The notes beneath the pieces are model-generated. The model made no database searches, was not told where the DNA came from, and was given only the letters and a program-made list of their open reading frames with translations. The position numbers were made by a program, and so were the translations under genes. A DNA stretch of 64,000 bases, from positions 55,862,001 through 55,926,000 of the forward strand of contig OX597829.1 in NCBI GenBank assembly GCA_951406725.2, written 5' to 3'. This document shows, piece by piece, positions 28,681 to 41,156 of the stretch (the stretch's first letter is position 1; every line of letters starts with the position of its first letter). The stretch is from Octopus vulgaris (Eukaryota).

Positions 28681-29466
28681 CAAAGGAGCGAAGAGAGAAG
28701 ATTAATCCCTGGTCACGGCGAAGACGGGAGTCCGGATGGCCCCTGTACAAGGACAATCCGAACACAGACAAATATTGCAAAGACTGACCGGTAGAGCGGA
28801 AATGGCGCGAGACCGAGGTCTCATTGCAGAGTCGGATGTCTCGGAGGTGTTCCGTGAACCGGTCAGCCAAGCGGCGTCCTTTTTGCCCGATGTATAGAGA
28901 AGGGCAGAGAGAGCAGGAAATGCAGTAGATGAAGTGCAGGTGAAGGAATCAGAGATATGATAGGGTCGATGATGGATGCCGGTGAGGTGGGTGGTGTTGG
29001 AAAGGTAAGGGCAAGTGCGACAGCGTAGGCGGGAGCAGGAAAACGAGCCGGGTTGGGAGGTTGGGTTAGGGAAGAAGCTGTGGACCAATAGGTCTCGTAG
29101 GTTGTGGGCTCGTTTGAAGGAGGGGAGGGGTCGGTTAGCGAAGATGTGCGAAGTGGAGGGGTCGGACTGGAGTCGCCGGAAGGTTCGGAGAATGGTGCAT
29201 TGGAGAGGTGGGTTGGTGGGTTGGTAGGTGAGGAGAAACGAGAGACAGGAGACAGCCGGGCGGGTACGTGGGAAGAGAGCAGATGCACGGTCCACTGTAC
29301 GTGCTCTGGCAAGGGCAGTGTGGATAGTAATGAGGGGATATCCACGTAGGATGAAGTGGTGAGCCATACGTTGAGACTGAGTCTCAAAGTCATGGTCGTC
29401 ACTACAGAGCCTGCGTAGACAGAGGAATTGGGAATTAGGGTGGGAAGAGGAGAAGTTGAGGTAGGT
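28681..29466 (-). pseudogene. Penelope-like element ORF fragment: RT C-terminal region, Cys-rich linker and GIY-YIG endonuclease (Neptune-like), frameshifted
   Basis: ORF 28702-29568 has YLNFSSSHP, LRRLCS, RGYP, FKRAHNLRDLLVHS, CSRLRCRTCPY; continues in another frame as CSLCPSLYIGQ..RRLADRFTEHLRDI..VSRHF. Confidence 0.9.
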
Positions 29467-29487
29467 GTATATATATATATATATATC

Positions 29488-29812
29488 AGTGGTTAGAGCA
29501 TTGGGCTCACAATCGTGAGGCAGTGAGTTCGATTCCCGGACCGGGCTGTGTGTTGTGTTCTTGAACAAGACACTCTATTTCACGTTGCTCCAATTCACTC
29601 AGCTGTAGAAATGAGTTGCGACGTCACTGATGCTAAGATGCATCACCCTTTGTCGTTGTCTTGGTGAATATTGGTGGCGTGGAGAGGCGAGACTGGTATG
29701 CATGGGAGACTGCTGGTCTTCCATAAACAACCTTGCTTGGACCTGTGCCTCGGAAGGGAACTTTTTAAGTACAATCCCAAGGTCATTCATGACTAAAGGG
29801 GCTCTTTACCTT
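29488..29812 (+). mobile_element. tRNA-derived SINE family D
   Basis: agtggttagagc A box, gagttcgattccc B box; homologous to 21233-21564. Confidence 0.8.
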
Positions 29813-29816
29813 CACC

Positions 29817-29842
<26 letters not shown>

Positions 29843-29847
<5 letters not shown>

Positions 29848-30401
29848 TCAATTTAGGGTAGCAAAAAATTCAATAGAAATTTATCGCTACCAGCGGCCTA
29901 GTGGAAAAGAGAAAATAGTCAAAGACTAAATATATAAATATAACAAATTTAGGAATGGCCTTAACAGGCCATTCGTCCACCAGAGAGAGCAGCCAGAACT
30001 CAAACCGCCAAGTAGTAGTAATTCAGAAATTAGGTGAAAATTTAAAAACGTTTACCCTAATTCATCTTTTAGACGATGAATCGTTTCTGTGTTTTTCATG
30101 ATAAACTAGCTTAATTAAATTAAATTAAGCTAATCTACAATAGGTCACACTTCATCAGTAAAAAACCTGGGAGAGACAAATATACACGAGGCGTCTGTAT
30201 CAATGCCTCCGGAATATCTGTCTTAAAATTTTCAAGACCAACGTATTCTCGTCAACTTATCAGCAGTAAATATAAACTGCCGATTCAATCTCAGAATTAG
30301 TCAGAAAATTATCAATTAATCAATTTAGGGTAGCAAAAAATTCAATAGAAATTTATCGCTACCAGCGGCCTAGTGTAAAAGAGAAAATAGTCAAAGACTA
30401 A

Positions 30402-30414
<13 letters not shown>
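29843..30414 (-). mobile_element. Retrozyme-like non-coding element: 472-bp unit plus 100-bp terminal direct repeat, inside (TA)n
   Basis: 29843-29942 equals 30315-30414 with 1 mismatch; contains a hammerhead and many short hairpins; no ORF; (TA)n on both sides. Confidence 0.75.
30067..30163 (-). ncRNA. Intact type I hammerhead ribozyme
   Basis: Minus strand: tttta-CTGATGA-agtgt...tagcttaattt aatttaattaagcta...acaca-GAAAC-gat-tc-atc-GTC-taaaa; stem I tttta/taaaa, stem III acgat/atcgt, GUC cleavage triplet. Confidence 0.8.
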
Positions 30415-30451
<37 letters not shown>

Positions 30452-30528
30452 CACCAGGTGGTGCTATTAAGTTAGACATGGCCTGGGCCAATAATGGCCG
30501 AAACCTATCAAAGTATCAAAGTATCAAA

Positions 30529-30566
<38 letters not shown>

Positions 30567-30639
30567 GGTGCTTTTTTCTTTAATATTCTCATGGCTTGCT
30601 AGTATATGAAAAGGTATTTATCATTGAATAAGTACAATT

Positions 30640-30790
30640 TAGTATAGAAAAAGAACGTTTTGGATCTTGGCCTAAGAATATACAAATAAACATTTGAAAC
30701 TTTAATAAGAACCAAGATAGTCTCTATGTATGCAAACATAGTAATGGGATATCTTGAGACGACGATGTAGGATGAAATGAAATAGAAAGG
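30640..30790 (+). pseudogene. Penelope-like RT relic
   Basis: Translates to TKIVSMYANIVMGYLE, resembling the PLE RT motif GTxxAPxYANLxMGxLE. Confidence 0.45.
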
Positions 30791-31132
30791 AATTTTACAT
30801 TCTTTACATTAAGACATAACCCATAAAAAGCATGATTTATTTCATAGCATACTGAGGATGTGACAAAAATTGCATTGGTCAGATAAGCATCTCATAGAAA
30901 ACGGATGACTTGAAACATTTCAAACTATTTCACGGGGACCGTTAAATGATTGGCCAAGAATCCGGTAGCTAAATACTGTACCATCGAGTGAAAACCCCCC
31001 AGGACAACAAAGAATTAACCAACAAACATTTTTATTGAAAAATATATAGGAAATTAAAATCGGTAATTAATTACGGCATATTTTTTTTTTATTTATTTAA
31101 GCACTAGTATTTGTTAAAAAATATATTTGTCC

Positions 31133-31530
31133 AAGGCTGCGAACTGACAGAAACGTTAGCACGCCGGGCAAAATGCTTAGCGGTATTTCGTCTGTCGTTA
31201 CGGTCTTAGTTCAAATTCCGCCGAGGTCGACTTTGCCTTTCATCCTTTCGGGGTCGATTAAATAATTACCAGTTACGCACTGGGGTTGATGCAATCGACT
31301 TAATCCGTTTGTCTGTCCTTGTTTGTCTCCTTTGTGTTTAGCCCCTTGTGGGTAGTAAAGAAATAGGTATTTCGTCTGCCGCTACGTTCTGAGTTCAAAT
31401 TCTACCAAGGTCAACTTTGCCTTTCATCCTTTGGGGAGGGGGTCGATAAATTAAGTACCAGTTGCATGCTAGGGTCGATCTAATCGACTGGCTCCTTCCC
31501 CAAAAATTTTGTGCCTAGAATAGAAAAGAA
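31133..31530 (+). mobile_element. tRNA-derived SINE family B, dimeric
   Basis: Reverse-complement homolog of 16697-17108. Confidence 0.8.
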
Positions 31531-31683
31531 TATATATTTGTCCGTCTCTTTCGGAATATTTAAAACACATAATGCGTGTTTTTAAGAAATTTGAATTATT
31601 CACGTTCATCGCATAACTACCTTCTTTGCTTAGTCATTCTAATTCGAGGCTACTACCAATCGATATACTATATTATATCTTAA

Positions 31684-31907
31684 CCCATTAAGTCCCACTG
31701 TCCTTATAAATAGGACACTAAATGAGAACATTAAATAAGCTATATCACATTGTCTCAGTGTCCTATTTATAGGACACCGAGTATTTCCATTTGTACTTGA
31801 AGTAAAGGAGTTTTAATAATTATTTGTTTCATTTTAACCTATTTTCAATCGTCTGTATAAATTTAAAATTAATATTCAAATATTTAAGTACTCTGCGACT
31901 TAATGGG
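31684..31907. mobile_element. piggyBac-type MITE
   Basis: TTAA|cccattaagtc...gacttaatggg|TTAA; two internal palindromes of type tgtcct..aggaca. Confidence 0.8.
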
Positions 31908-32096
31908 TTAACTGAGGACTAACATCGAGACATCACTCATGTACATTATATAGACTCTCTTCCATGTGAAGTGAAACTGATATGAAATAATGCACTTTCG
32001 AATATATAGTAACGTATTATGAGACGATGAGATTGTCATGGCATATTCTGGAGTAATATGCGTAACTCTGATTTAAGGGAATCGTCAATAACTTTG

Positions 32097-32142
<46 letters not shown>

Positions 32143-32206
32143 GCATACATACATACATATGCAGATATATATTTATACAGATGATTGAAAATAGGTTAAA
32201 ATGAAA

Positions 32207-32244
32207 CTGTCCGATGAACGGCAACGGGAAACTCAGAGTAACAG
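32207..32244 (+). ncRNA. Near-intact minimal hammerhead ribozyme in a pLTR-type 3' fragment
   Basis: ctgt-CCGATGA-acg-gcaa-cgg-GAAAC-tcaga-GTA-acag: one core substitution, GNRA loop on stem II; followed by AATAAA (32271), a T-rich tail and (TA)n at 32351. Confidence 0.7.
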
Positions 32245-32349
32245 GTTTTGTTGAATTTTCTGCTGCTTCAAATAAAGCATATTACTCTACCACTGGTATT
32301 TGAGTACTCTTTTTTTTCCACCTTGTTTCACGTTTATGTGTTTACTCCA

Positions 32350-32398
<49 letters not shown>

Positions 32399-32599
32399 TA
32401 TCTTTGTATGTATGTATGTATGTATTATGTATGTGTGTGTGTGTATGTATGTATATATAAGGAAAATAAGACAAGGTAGAAAATACGAAAATAATTTTAT
32501 CAGGAAGAACATTTTAGTACCGGTTTCAGTCTATGCAACTTTTTCAAGTGCAAAGCATGAAAAACAATTAAATTGTGGAAAATTAAATGAAACGAGGAG

Positions 32600-32850
32600 C
32601 CGATTGAGAGGGTTCAGCAAATAGTTATGGAAGACCATCGCGTCACAATCCATGAAATCGATTACAATGTTGGAGTAAGCACAGAATTAGTGCATTCCAT
32701 TTTAATGGAGGCCTTGTGCATGCGGAGTGTGTTGACGAAATTTCGTCTCCGAGGTGCTGGCGGAGCAGCAGAAGTAACTCCGCATGAAAATCGCTTTGGA
32801 CATGCTGGTCTGAAGACCACCATCACAGGTAATGAAACATGGTCTCAGCT
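32600..32850 (+). pseudogene. mariner transposase fragment
   Basis: MEDHRVTIHEI...VHSILMEALCMRSVLTKF and KTTITGNETW (cf. ITGDETW). Confidence 0.75.
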
Positions 32851-32879
32851 CGTTGCGTTTGGTCATGTACAGGAAGAAT

Positions 32880-32990
32880 GACGCCACCTACCTTATCTTC
32901 CTTATCGCATACCTTGTTGTCAGCTGGGTATACTATATCTATGATCCAGCATCGTTTGCTTTCTTCCTCAAAACTATATCTGGTTTCCTA

Positions 32991-33045
<55 letters not shown>

Positions 33046-33400
33046 GGTCGCACTGAGTCATAAAATCCCATAGGATCTTTGCATTATCATGTTCGATATA
33101 TATATATATATATATATATGTTCGTACCAAATTTTTTTTTCCTCGTCAAGTCCATACTTGTTGCAAAGCATCCAATGAACAATCCTTATTATATTGTCAT
33201 GATATCTCATATTCTTTCTGGGCTAGTGGCGTATATTGACTGGTAATATGCCATACGGTTTCACCATTTTGTCCACAAATTCTACACTTATCACTTTCTG
33301 ATGTGTTGTCTATTCTGTATTTGATGTAATTGGTTCTTAATGCTTGCTCTTAGACAGCACAGATTAGACCTCCGTTTCCAGTTTTAAATCACGTTTAGTC
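32880..33400 (-). mobile_element. R4/Dong-type LINE fragment interrupted by microsatellites
   Basis: EQALRTNYIK..DKCRICGQNGETVWHI zinc knuckle, KILWDF, RKPDIV. Confidence 0.75.
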
Positions 33401-33618
33401 TTGTAAAAATTTTAATATCTACAATTTTGTTTGAAAATTTTATCCTTCTTTTCTCTCTGACTGCCCGAATAATAAGGAAAAATTAAGGCAGTAAGCACCT
33501 GCCAATATATACAAACAGCACAATTACAAAAACTGTAAACCACAGCAAAACTTATAAAAAGAAAAAAACTACAAAAGAAGAGTTCAGAAATTCAAGAATT
33601 CAACGATGTGAACATCAG

Positions 33619-33702
<84 letters not shown>

Positions 33703-33730
33703 TGTGTGTGTATGTGTGTGTGTATGTATC

Positions 33731-34037
33731 TATCTGTAAATATAATGTGTAAGAATTATTCTGTAGCCATGATAAATCTCCGAGTTTCGGATGTTGGGGC
33801 GGAAACCCACGCCGCCATCTCTTCAGTTATCCGGCCATCGAAAAAGTGCTATGAAAATGACTGATGGCCGGATAACTAAAGAGATAGCGGCGTGGGTTTC
33901 CACCCCAACATCCGAAACTCGGAGGTTTATCATTGCTACCGAATAATTGTCACATATCATAGTTATAGATAAATTCTTCTATTTACACAATATCGAGGTC
34001 TCTTTCTTTTCTTTTGTTGTCTTACCATTTCTATCAA
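33731..34037 (+). mobile_element. Fold-back element (~110-bp arms plus ~65-bp tail) with hammerhead-like motif in the arms
   Basis: 33731-33839 inverted to 33863-33971; gataa-CTGAAGA-gatg...catcc-GAAAC...ttatc with degenerate cleavage site; tail ends in TA repeats. Confidence 0.7.
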
Positions 34038-34410
34038 TATATGTATATATATATATTCTATCAGTAATTAAAAATAGATCAAGGTGAATTGGTTCTTTTC
34101 AAGTCCATGGTCAACGCTCTCGTAGTAGTAGTAAACACATTTGACCTCTGTTGACCCCAAGGATGTGAGGCCGCTTTTGTTTCCTTATCGCACAGGAATG
34201 CCCATTGCTGACCCCACCCCACCATCTGCCGAATCTATTTACAGACCTGTAGAATTTGTTCTGGTCACTAAGCAACTTCTCTTCCTCCTACTATTCCCTT
34301 CAACCCTCACATATTTATGATTATCTCAAGTACAAGAGAAAAATTGAAACTGAACACCATTTAATAATACCATTTAATAATAAATACAAATAATAATAAT
34401 AATAATAATA

Positions 34411-34998
34411 CCAAAGATGGGCTACAGCAAATATTCTGCTCAATACCAAAGATGGGCTACAGCAAATATTCTGCTCAATACCTAAGGATGGGCTACAGCA
34501 AATATTCTGCTCAATACCGTTTTGTCTTGGTATAAAAGATGGGCTACAGCAAATATTCTGCTCAATACCACAGATTTGCTTGTCAGTTGTTTGACCTTAA
34601 CCAGTTGAGCATGTCCCTTAGGGGCTGACGATATGTGCATCTCTGATCACGAGCAGATGTAGTGGGGGAGCATCATAGCCATGTGTTGAGAGGGATTCTT
34701 GGAGGTTTGAATAATTCACCTCTGGAAACATGGGTGGTTCTTTCAACATCCTTAAACAACCCTTATTCAGGGACCTTTTGAGCGGGATGGGCTACTCAAC
34801 CTGAAGAAAATTCTAACTGGGCCCCACCTGCAAGGTCATGTGCTGTTTATCTTGATATGAGATCACCATGTCGCGCACATATGGTTGTGATGCATGTGCC
34901 TGGTGTACCTTTATCAGACGGGTAGTCATGATGGGTATATTGGGCTTCGTATATTTTACCCCAGTGTCACTTTGATGGCATGTACTGCTCTCTCACTC
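34411..34998 (+). mobile_element. (AAT)n-associated element, copy 4, with a triplicated ~35-bp segment at its 5' junction
   Basis: Same body as the other copies; gatgggctacagcaaatattctgctcaatacc occurs four times. Confidence 0.85.
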
Positions 34999-35299
34999 AA
35001 TAATAATAATAATAATAATAATAACAACAACAACAACAACACCAACAATAATAATAATAATAATAATAATAACAACAACAACAATAGCAATAATAATTAA
35101 GCCACAACTCATATCGGATCAGAGGAAATATTAACAATGACAGATAGAAAAAAAATGAAAATAATAATATCGGTGAAGATAATAATAATAATGAAAGGAA
35201 GTGGTTGGAATCTCCCTATGTCCTGATTGATGATCCATCTAGTGATGGGATTACAATAAAAACACTGGTAAGTGCACAACCTGATAATCTCTACCTCAT

Positions 35300-35890
35300 A
35301 TGAGTGACAATGAAAAAACAAAATATTGTGAATAACGGTAGTAATGAAACTGAAGCCCTTGATGGTGACAGTGTTGCACCTGGCAGGTCAGAGATACTCG
35401 TCCGAGCCCAGCCTGTCGTTATCCAGCAAGAGACCAACACACATGGCGTAGATGGAACAAACAAGTCAATGCTTTGGTCATGGAGTGTTATTATCTGAAG
35501 AACCCTGTATAGGAAATTGGTATTCATATTAGGGGAAACCGACGACATATGTATGATCAATGGTGAGAAAGAGGATTGCTTCAACTCACGGAACAGAGAT
35601 TATGAGATCATGCTAGAGCATTAAAAAAATCTTTCGTTCACAGAAGTAGAGCTCGAAGCTATCAAAAGACGAGTAAAAGTAATCTCATAGCAGAAAACAG
35701 AGGTGAAATCTCTTATAAAGCACAGGAAAGGAACGGCGATATCTAGCTGAATGAGAGACATATAGATAGTTTGGAAGAAGACAATGATACTAATGATGAC
35801 ATAAAAAATAGGAAAAAGGTAATCTGCGACAGAATATAAGCAAGGCTAGCGACATTTTTTGCAACCTTAAAAGGTTGATCGGTGGAAATT
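35300..35890 (+). mobile_element. Degraded R4/Dong-type LINE N-terminal region
   Basis: LTEQRL*DHARA...TEVELEAIK resembles the R4-clade N-terminal motif; lies between AAT tracts. Confidence 0.45.
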
Positions 35891-35899
35891 GAACCAAAA

Positions 35900-35999
<100 letters not shown>

Positions 36000-37255
36000 T
36001 TACTTTTAATTTGCATGTTTGTTACAATTAGTTACCGAAACACACCCAGCGTCCTAGGGCGAGTGAAGAATAAGAGATGTTGCCGCTTGACTGACAACTT
36101 AGGGAGGGGATAGGGCAGGGGCAGTAGCGAAATATATTCATATAATACAACACAGATATTTACATAGATAAGGTTTTTTTTAAAGAATGTGGGCAGTACT
36201 TGTCAGCACAATCTTTTGAATTTCTCTGAGACATGGTTCTCCTGGGATCTTATCTAGATGTTTCTGACATCCTTTTTTTATCATACCTAAGTCACGTACA
36301 ATAACAGGACCAGTTCTTGCTTTAAGATGCCACATATTTTGTATTTCAATTTCCTGGTCGTTATATTTACTCAGTTTGTCAAATTCCGAGACAGATGTAT
36401 TTTTATGAGTGGGAACACTTACATCTATTAACCTTTAAGTGTTTTCTTCCCTGTCTTCAATAATTATGTCTGGTCGATTAGCCTGGGTCATTCTGTCAGT
36501 GTTGACTGGAAAGACTCAGAGGATATTGACATTTTTACCTTCAACAACTGGCTCAGGATGATGTTCATACCGGTAAGTAGGAGTGGTGATTTTGTAGTGT
36601 TTGCATATTTTCCAATGTCCTACCCTATCGTGGCGATATTTGTATTCGTTTGGTGTCCGCACAGGATATCCCGAAATGAGATGGTCTATTGTTTCGTCAA
36701 ATGTGTCACAGAATTTGCACATAGGGTCAGAAACGTTTTTAAAAACGTTAACGTGGTAGTTTTTTTGCTAGCAAGCCTTAATCTTGTGCTGCTTATACGA
36801 AACCTTCAGTCTCTGCTTTCAGTCCTGAACTTCTCAGCCCCTGATGGGTTGTTACTTGGTCAACATCAGCATTTCGACTTCGAAGTATATACTGACCATT
36901 CAGAGGCTTCTGGCTCCACCGCTCCTCAATTTGTTTCTGCTGGATCTTTTTTTTTTTTTGCAGTCTACTTGATACATTTTGCCTGTTTTGAGGCAGGGGT
37001 TTCAGGTTCATCAACTATTTCAGAGCTAATCCCAAGTTCCCTTGCGAATTTGCTAGCTTCTTTGACAATCGAATGCGATTTTTTGCTATTTTTGTGTTTG
37101 CACACAAGCCGCAGCCTCCTCTCTTACCTGTTCATTGCTATTGTGGAGGTCTAATAGCACAGTTCTACCTGCATCATTCCTCTTCCTCCATTACTTCTGG
37201 GTAGGTACAGACGATCAACGTCTACCTTTGGGTGATGCACGTTCTTGGATATTAG
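36000..37255 (-). pseudogene. R4/Dong-clade non-LTR retrotransposon 3' portion (post-RT region, zinc knuckle, RLE endonuclease, 3' UTR)
   Basis: VDVDRLYLPRSNGGRG, GLKAETEGFV, CKFC..ETIDHLISG, RHDRV, NRPDII, KLSKY..MW; (AAC)/(AAT) tail; stops and frameshifts. Confidence 0.9.
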
Positions 37256-37279
37256 TAGTTTTTTTGTTGCTGTTGTTGT

Positions 37280-37296
37280 TCTTCTTTTTCTTCTTC

Positions 37297-37358
<62 letters not shown>

Positions 37359-37363
37359 CATCA

Positions 37364-37445
<82 letters not shown>

Positions 37446-37497
37446 TATTATTATTATTATTATTATCATTATTATTATTGTTGTTGTTATTGTTGTT
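37280..37497. repeat. (ATT)n microsatellite
   Basis: Directly visible. Confidence 0.95.
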
Positions 37498-37509
37498 GCC
37501 CACTCAGAA

Positions 37510-38150
37510 TGAGTTTAAGTTTGTCAATATAATTACTCATTCCTCTTCTAACTTCACTCGAACCATAAAGATTGTAGAATAGGTACATTAAGAACATTTT
37601 ATTACGTTTGTAAATGATTGCAATCTGACAGACAGTAGCGTCCCTAATTTGCTGCGAATGTATTGCCGTGTGTTCTGATAATGAATTTTCTGTCTGATCA
37701 ATATGTATTTCTTCAGAATTCGAATGTTTTGTGAAGTAGATGAGATTTCTTCTTTTAAACTTCATATTTACATTTTGTAATATTCTTCGACTTTTGTGTT
37801 GATATACTGACCAGTTTGTATTAAGTTTTGTATGTACTGTACTTTTATATCGAGGAATGGTTATTTTGTTTGCTCATCTTTGTGAATTTCAAAGTTGGAT
37901 TTAGATTGTTCAGAAGGACGCAGAATTCTTCCAAAATATCTACAAATTTTGTTCAAATTTGGAATCACCAAGATATTTTTTTCATACGTCCTTTATATAC
38001 CTTCTAAAGAAAGTGCCATAGTTCTCCTCTACTATTTGATTCACTTTTTTTCCAAACATCCAATTATTTAGTTTGGATAAACTGAAGCAAACTTGGTTCC
38101 CATCCCTAGTTTGAAGATAATTTTTCCCATTGCAAAAGAATGTGTAATTT
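37510..38150 (-). pseudogene. Old Penelope-like element relic (RT motif and GIY-YIG)
   Basis: GMGTKFASVYP RT-like motif near 38100; RNLIY...IHIDQT...IHSQQIRD...YIDKLK in ORF 37487-37765 resembles a decayed GIY-YIG domain. Confidence 0.55.
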
Positions 38151-39403
38151 TGTGGATAAGACTTACAGCGTTTAATGTAAAGTCTGCGGTGAATCTGCTG
38201 TTACTCGACCCTGTGTTTAATTACAGTTATTCCTAAATCACGTGGAATATTTTAAGTATAACCTTAGTTTTCATATATATCTGAGATTACCTTACTGTGG
38301 TAGAGTATTGTGTTTTTGAATCATATATTAATATTTACTGAAAGATGTATTGGTATATGTAATTAAATCGACAAATCAAATAGTAGAGAAGCGTATGAGA
38401 TATTGTTGGTTACCTTCAAAGCACAGGCGTAGTGAGCTTTTTCATTTCGAGAAAATTTTGACCACAACACAAGCTCTTCGATGTGGCACTAGAGAAACAC
38501 TATCTATCCACGAAGGTATGTCTGTATATGAGTGCATATATATATATATTTATATATATACATACATATATATATACATGTGAGTGTTTGTGTATACATA
38601 TCATAGACTGCAACACAAAGTTCAGTTTGGGCTTTTTCTCTGGTGAGCTGACATGTGACTGGCAAAAACTAGAAGTGGAAATAATCATCGAATATACAAT
38701 CTCAGTATCCCTATTTACATTTTTAATTAACATTCATGGCGATGTAATTGATTATAAATCAGTAGATACGGTTTATATCATAAATAAACTGTCATCTATA
38801 TCAGCGAGTTTCACAGCAATCCGGAATCACTTGAAGTACCACCAATTGAGGCAGAAACACGTGACCACAACTCTTCACTTGTCTTCAGCCAATCAATCTG
38901 CCTTGTCTCTAATAGTTTATCAGTTTTGGAAGATACTTGATTCTTGATATTAGCTCCCCTTCTCGCTAAACATTGGTACCAGTTGGCCTCAAACGTTTGC
39001 TATACATTCCCTAGATGTAGAGGTAATGTCTAAGAATCAAGAATTTATCATGAGTTAATTTGATTTATCCACATTTGCCGGTTGTCTTTAAATATGCACC
39101 TCTAACTACGGTCACTTGTTTAGCTTGGCTCATTTTCGTCTAATATATGTGTGTGTGTGCGCGTATGCGTACGCGTGTGTGTGCCTTTGTGTGCGCGTGT
39201 GTGTTCGTGTGCATGTGTGTGTATGTGTACATACACTCATTGTTCTATAATAGCTGTGAAAATGAAACTAAGAAAATACCGAAAATCTAAAATGAGGAAG
39301 ATAAAAGTTGAAATCAGTCATGTTTTACAAATTACACACTCACACATACACACACACAGACACACACACACACACACATGTAGGAATGTATGTCTGTATA
39401 TGA

Positions 39404-39458
<55 letters not shown>

Positions 39459-39590
39459 CATACATACATATATATATATACATGTGAGTGTTTGTGTATA
39501 CATATGTATGTATATATATTATATACACACCCACACAAACACACACATATACATACATACATGTACGCAAACACGCTCACATGTACATAC

Positions 39591-39645
<55 letters not shown>

Positions 39646-40894
39646 TATGTGTGTTTGTATATGTGTATGCGTGTGCGTATGTGTATATATATATATATAT
39701 GATAGAAAGAAATATTCAGGAAATTAATCATTGAACAATAAGACCAAATTTTGTTGCACCTTTCCATGACCTCGTAAATATTTCCAAATAATGGGATGAA
39801 GCTTTCCTTTTCATGAGAAAGTATTAAATTAATATCGTGATCAACCGGAGATTCATTCAATTATGAATATATTATGGATTACCTATGATGTACGTGCCAA
39901 CATCTTTCGGAAGCATTGACAAGATATATATATATGATGTTTATTCTCTATGCCTAAGTCATGTTTCTCTTTAGCCTCATCTTACTTTTTTCCAACAGAA
40001 CTTTGATCAAGACCATTCCGTCCACGACCATCCCATCTTAACGTGTACCCATAACTACATTATGCTATGTGTGCTACTTTGTTTGAATAGGTTGGAGATA
40101 CTTGAAGTTATTTAGCCACTGTTTTAGCAACGGTTTCACGAGATAAAGTTCATATAACGTAGAAGCAGATTTCAAACACGATTGTGGTAAACGGCGTCGG
40201 CTTAGCGAAACACGTGGCTAAAAGAAATACGTCTAGCTGATTAATTAGGCTTCTAGATGGATACAATATTGATTTTAGAAGAAATCAACAAATCATTTAC
40301 AATTAAGGGTGCTGAATTTATTGTTCCAATTTATAATATCACGAACAAACGTTTCCAAAACCAACATTAATTATGGAACGCATTTTTTCTATTTTAAGGT
40401 ATTTCAGTCATATTACGTCGACTCCGACTTTACGCCTTCCAGTAGTTCATAAAATAATCACTTGTAATTACTAACAAGCTGGAAGCTGGGATCGATCATC
40501 AAGTTATATTTCTATGTGTGTGTACGATATATGTGTGTGTTTGCGAGTATGGGTATGCCTTTGTATGTGTGTATGTGTGTGTAAATGTTTGTTTTAATGT
40601 CAAGTTATAAATAAAAACAATTTAACATTAAACTGAAAGATTACTCGATGCTTCTAGTAGAGTAAATGTTTATTAAACTTTTGCAAAGAAAGCGTTGACA
40701 GTGACGTATGTCTGTATATGTGCATATATAGGCACATATGTGTATATGTATACATACGCATAGACACACATACACACTACACTCTCTCTTTCTCTCTCAC
40801 GCACACACACACACACACAGACACACACACACACACACACAGACACACACACACACAGAGGTAATGTGTTCCAAACATATATATATTCTTTAAT

Positions 40895-41123
40895 TATTTT
40901 ACTTGTTTCAGTCATTTGACTGCAGCAATGCTGGAGCACCACCTTTAGGGGTTGAGTCGAACAAATAGACCCCAGGACTTATTCTCTATAAGCCTAGAAC
41001 TTATTCTATCGGTATTTTTTGCCGAACCGCTAGTTTACGGTGACATAAACACACCAACACCGGTTGTCAAGCGATGGTGGGGGCGGAGTACAAACACATA
41101 TATATACATACATGCATACATAC

Positions 41124-41156
<33 letters not shown>

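Noticed and set aside
32510-32555. GAAAC-cg-GTA motif on minus strand
   Set aside because: CUGANGA core and stem I not recoverable, so not counted as a ribozyme
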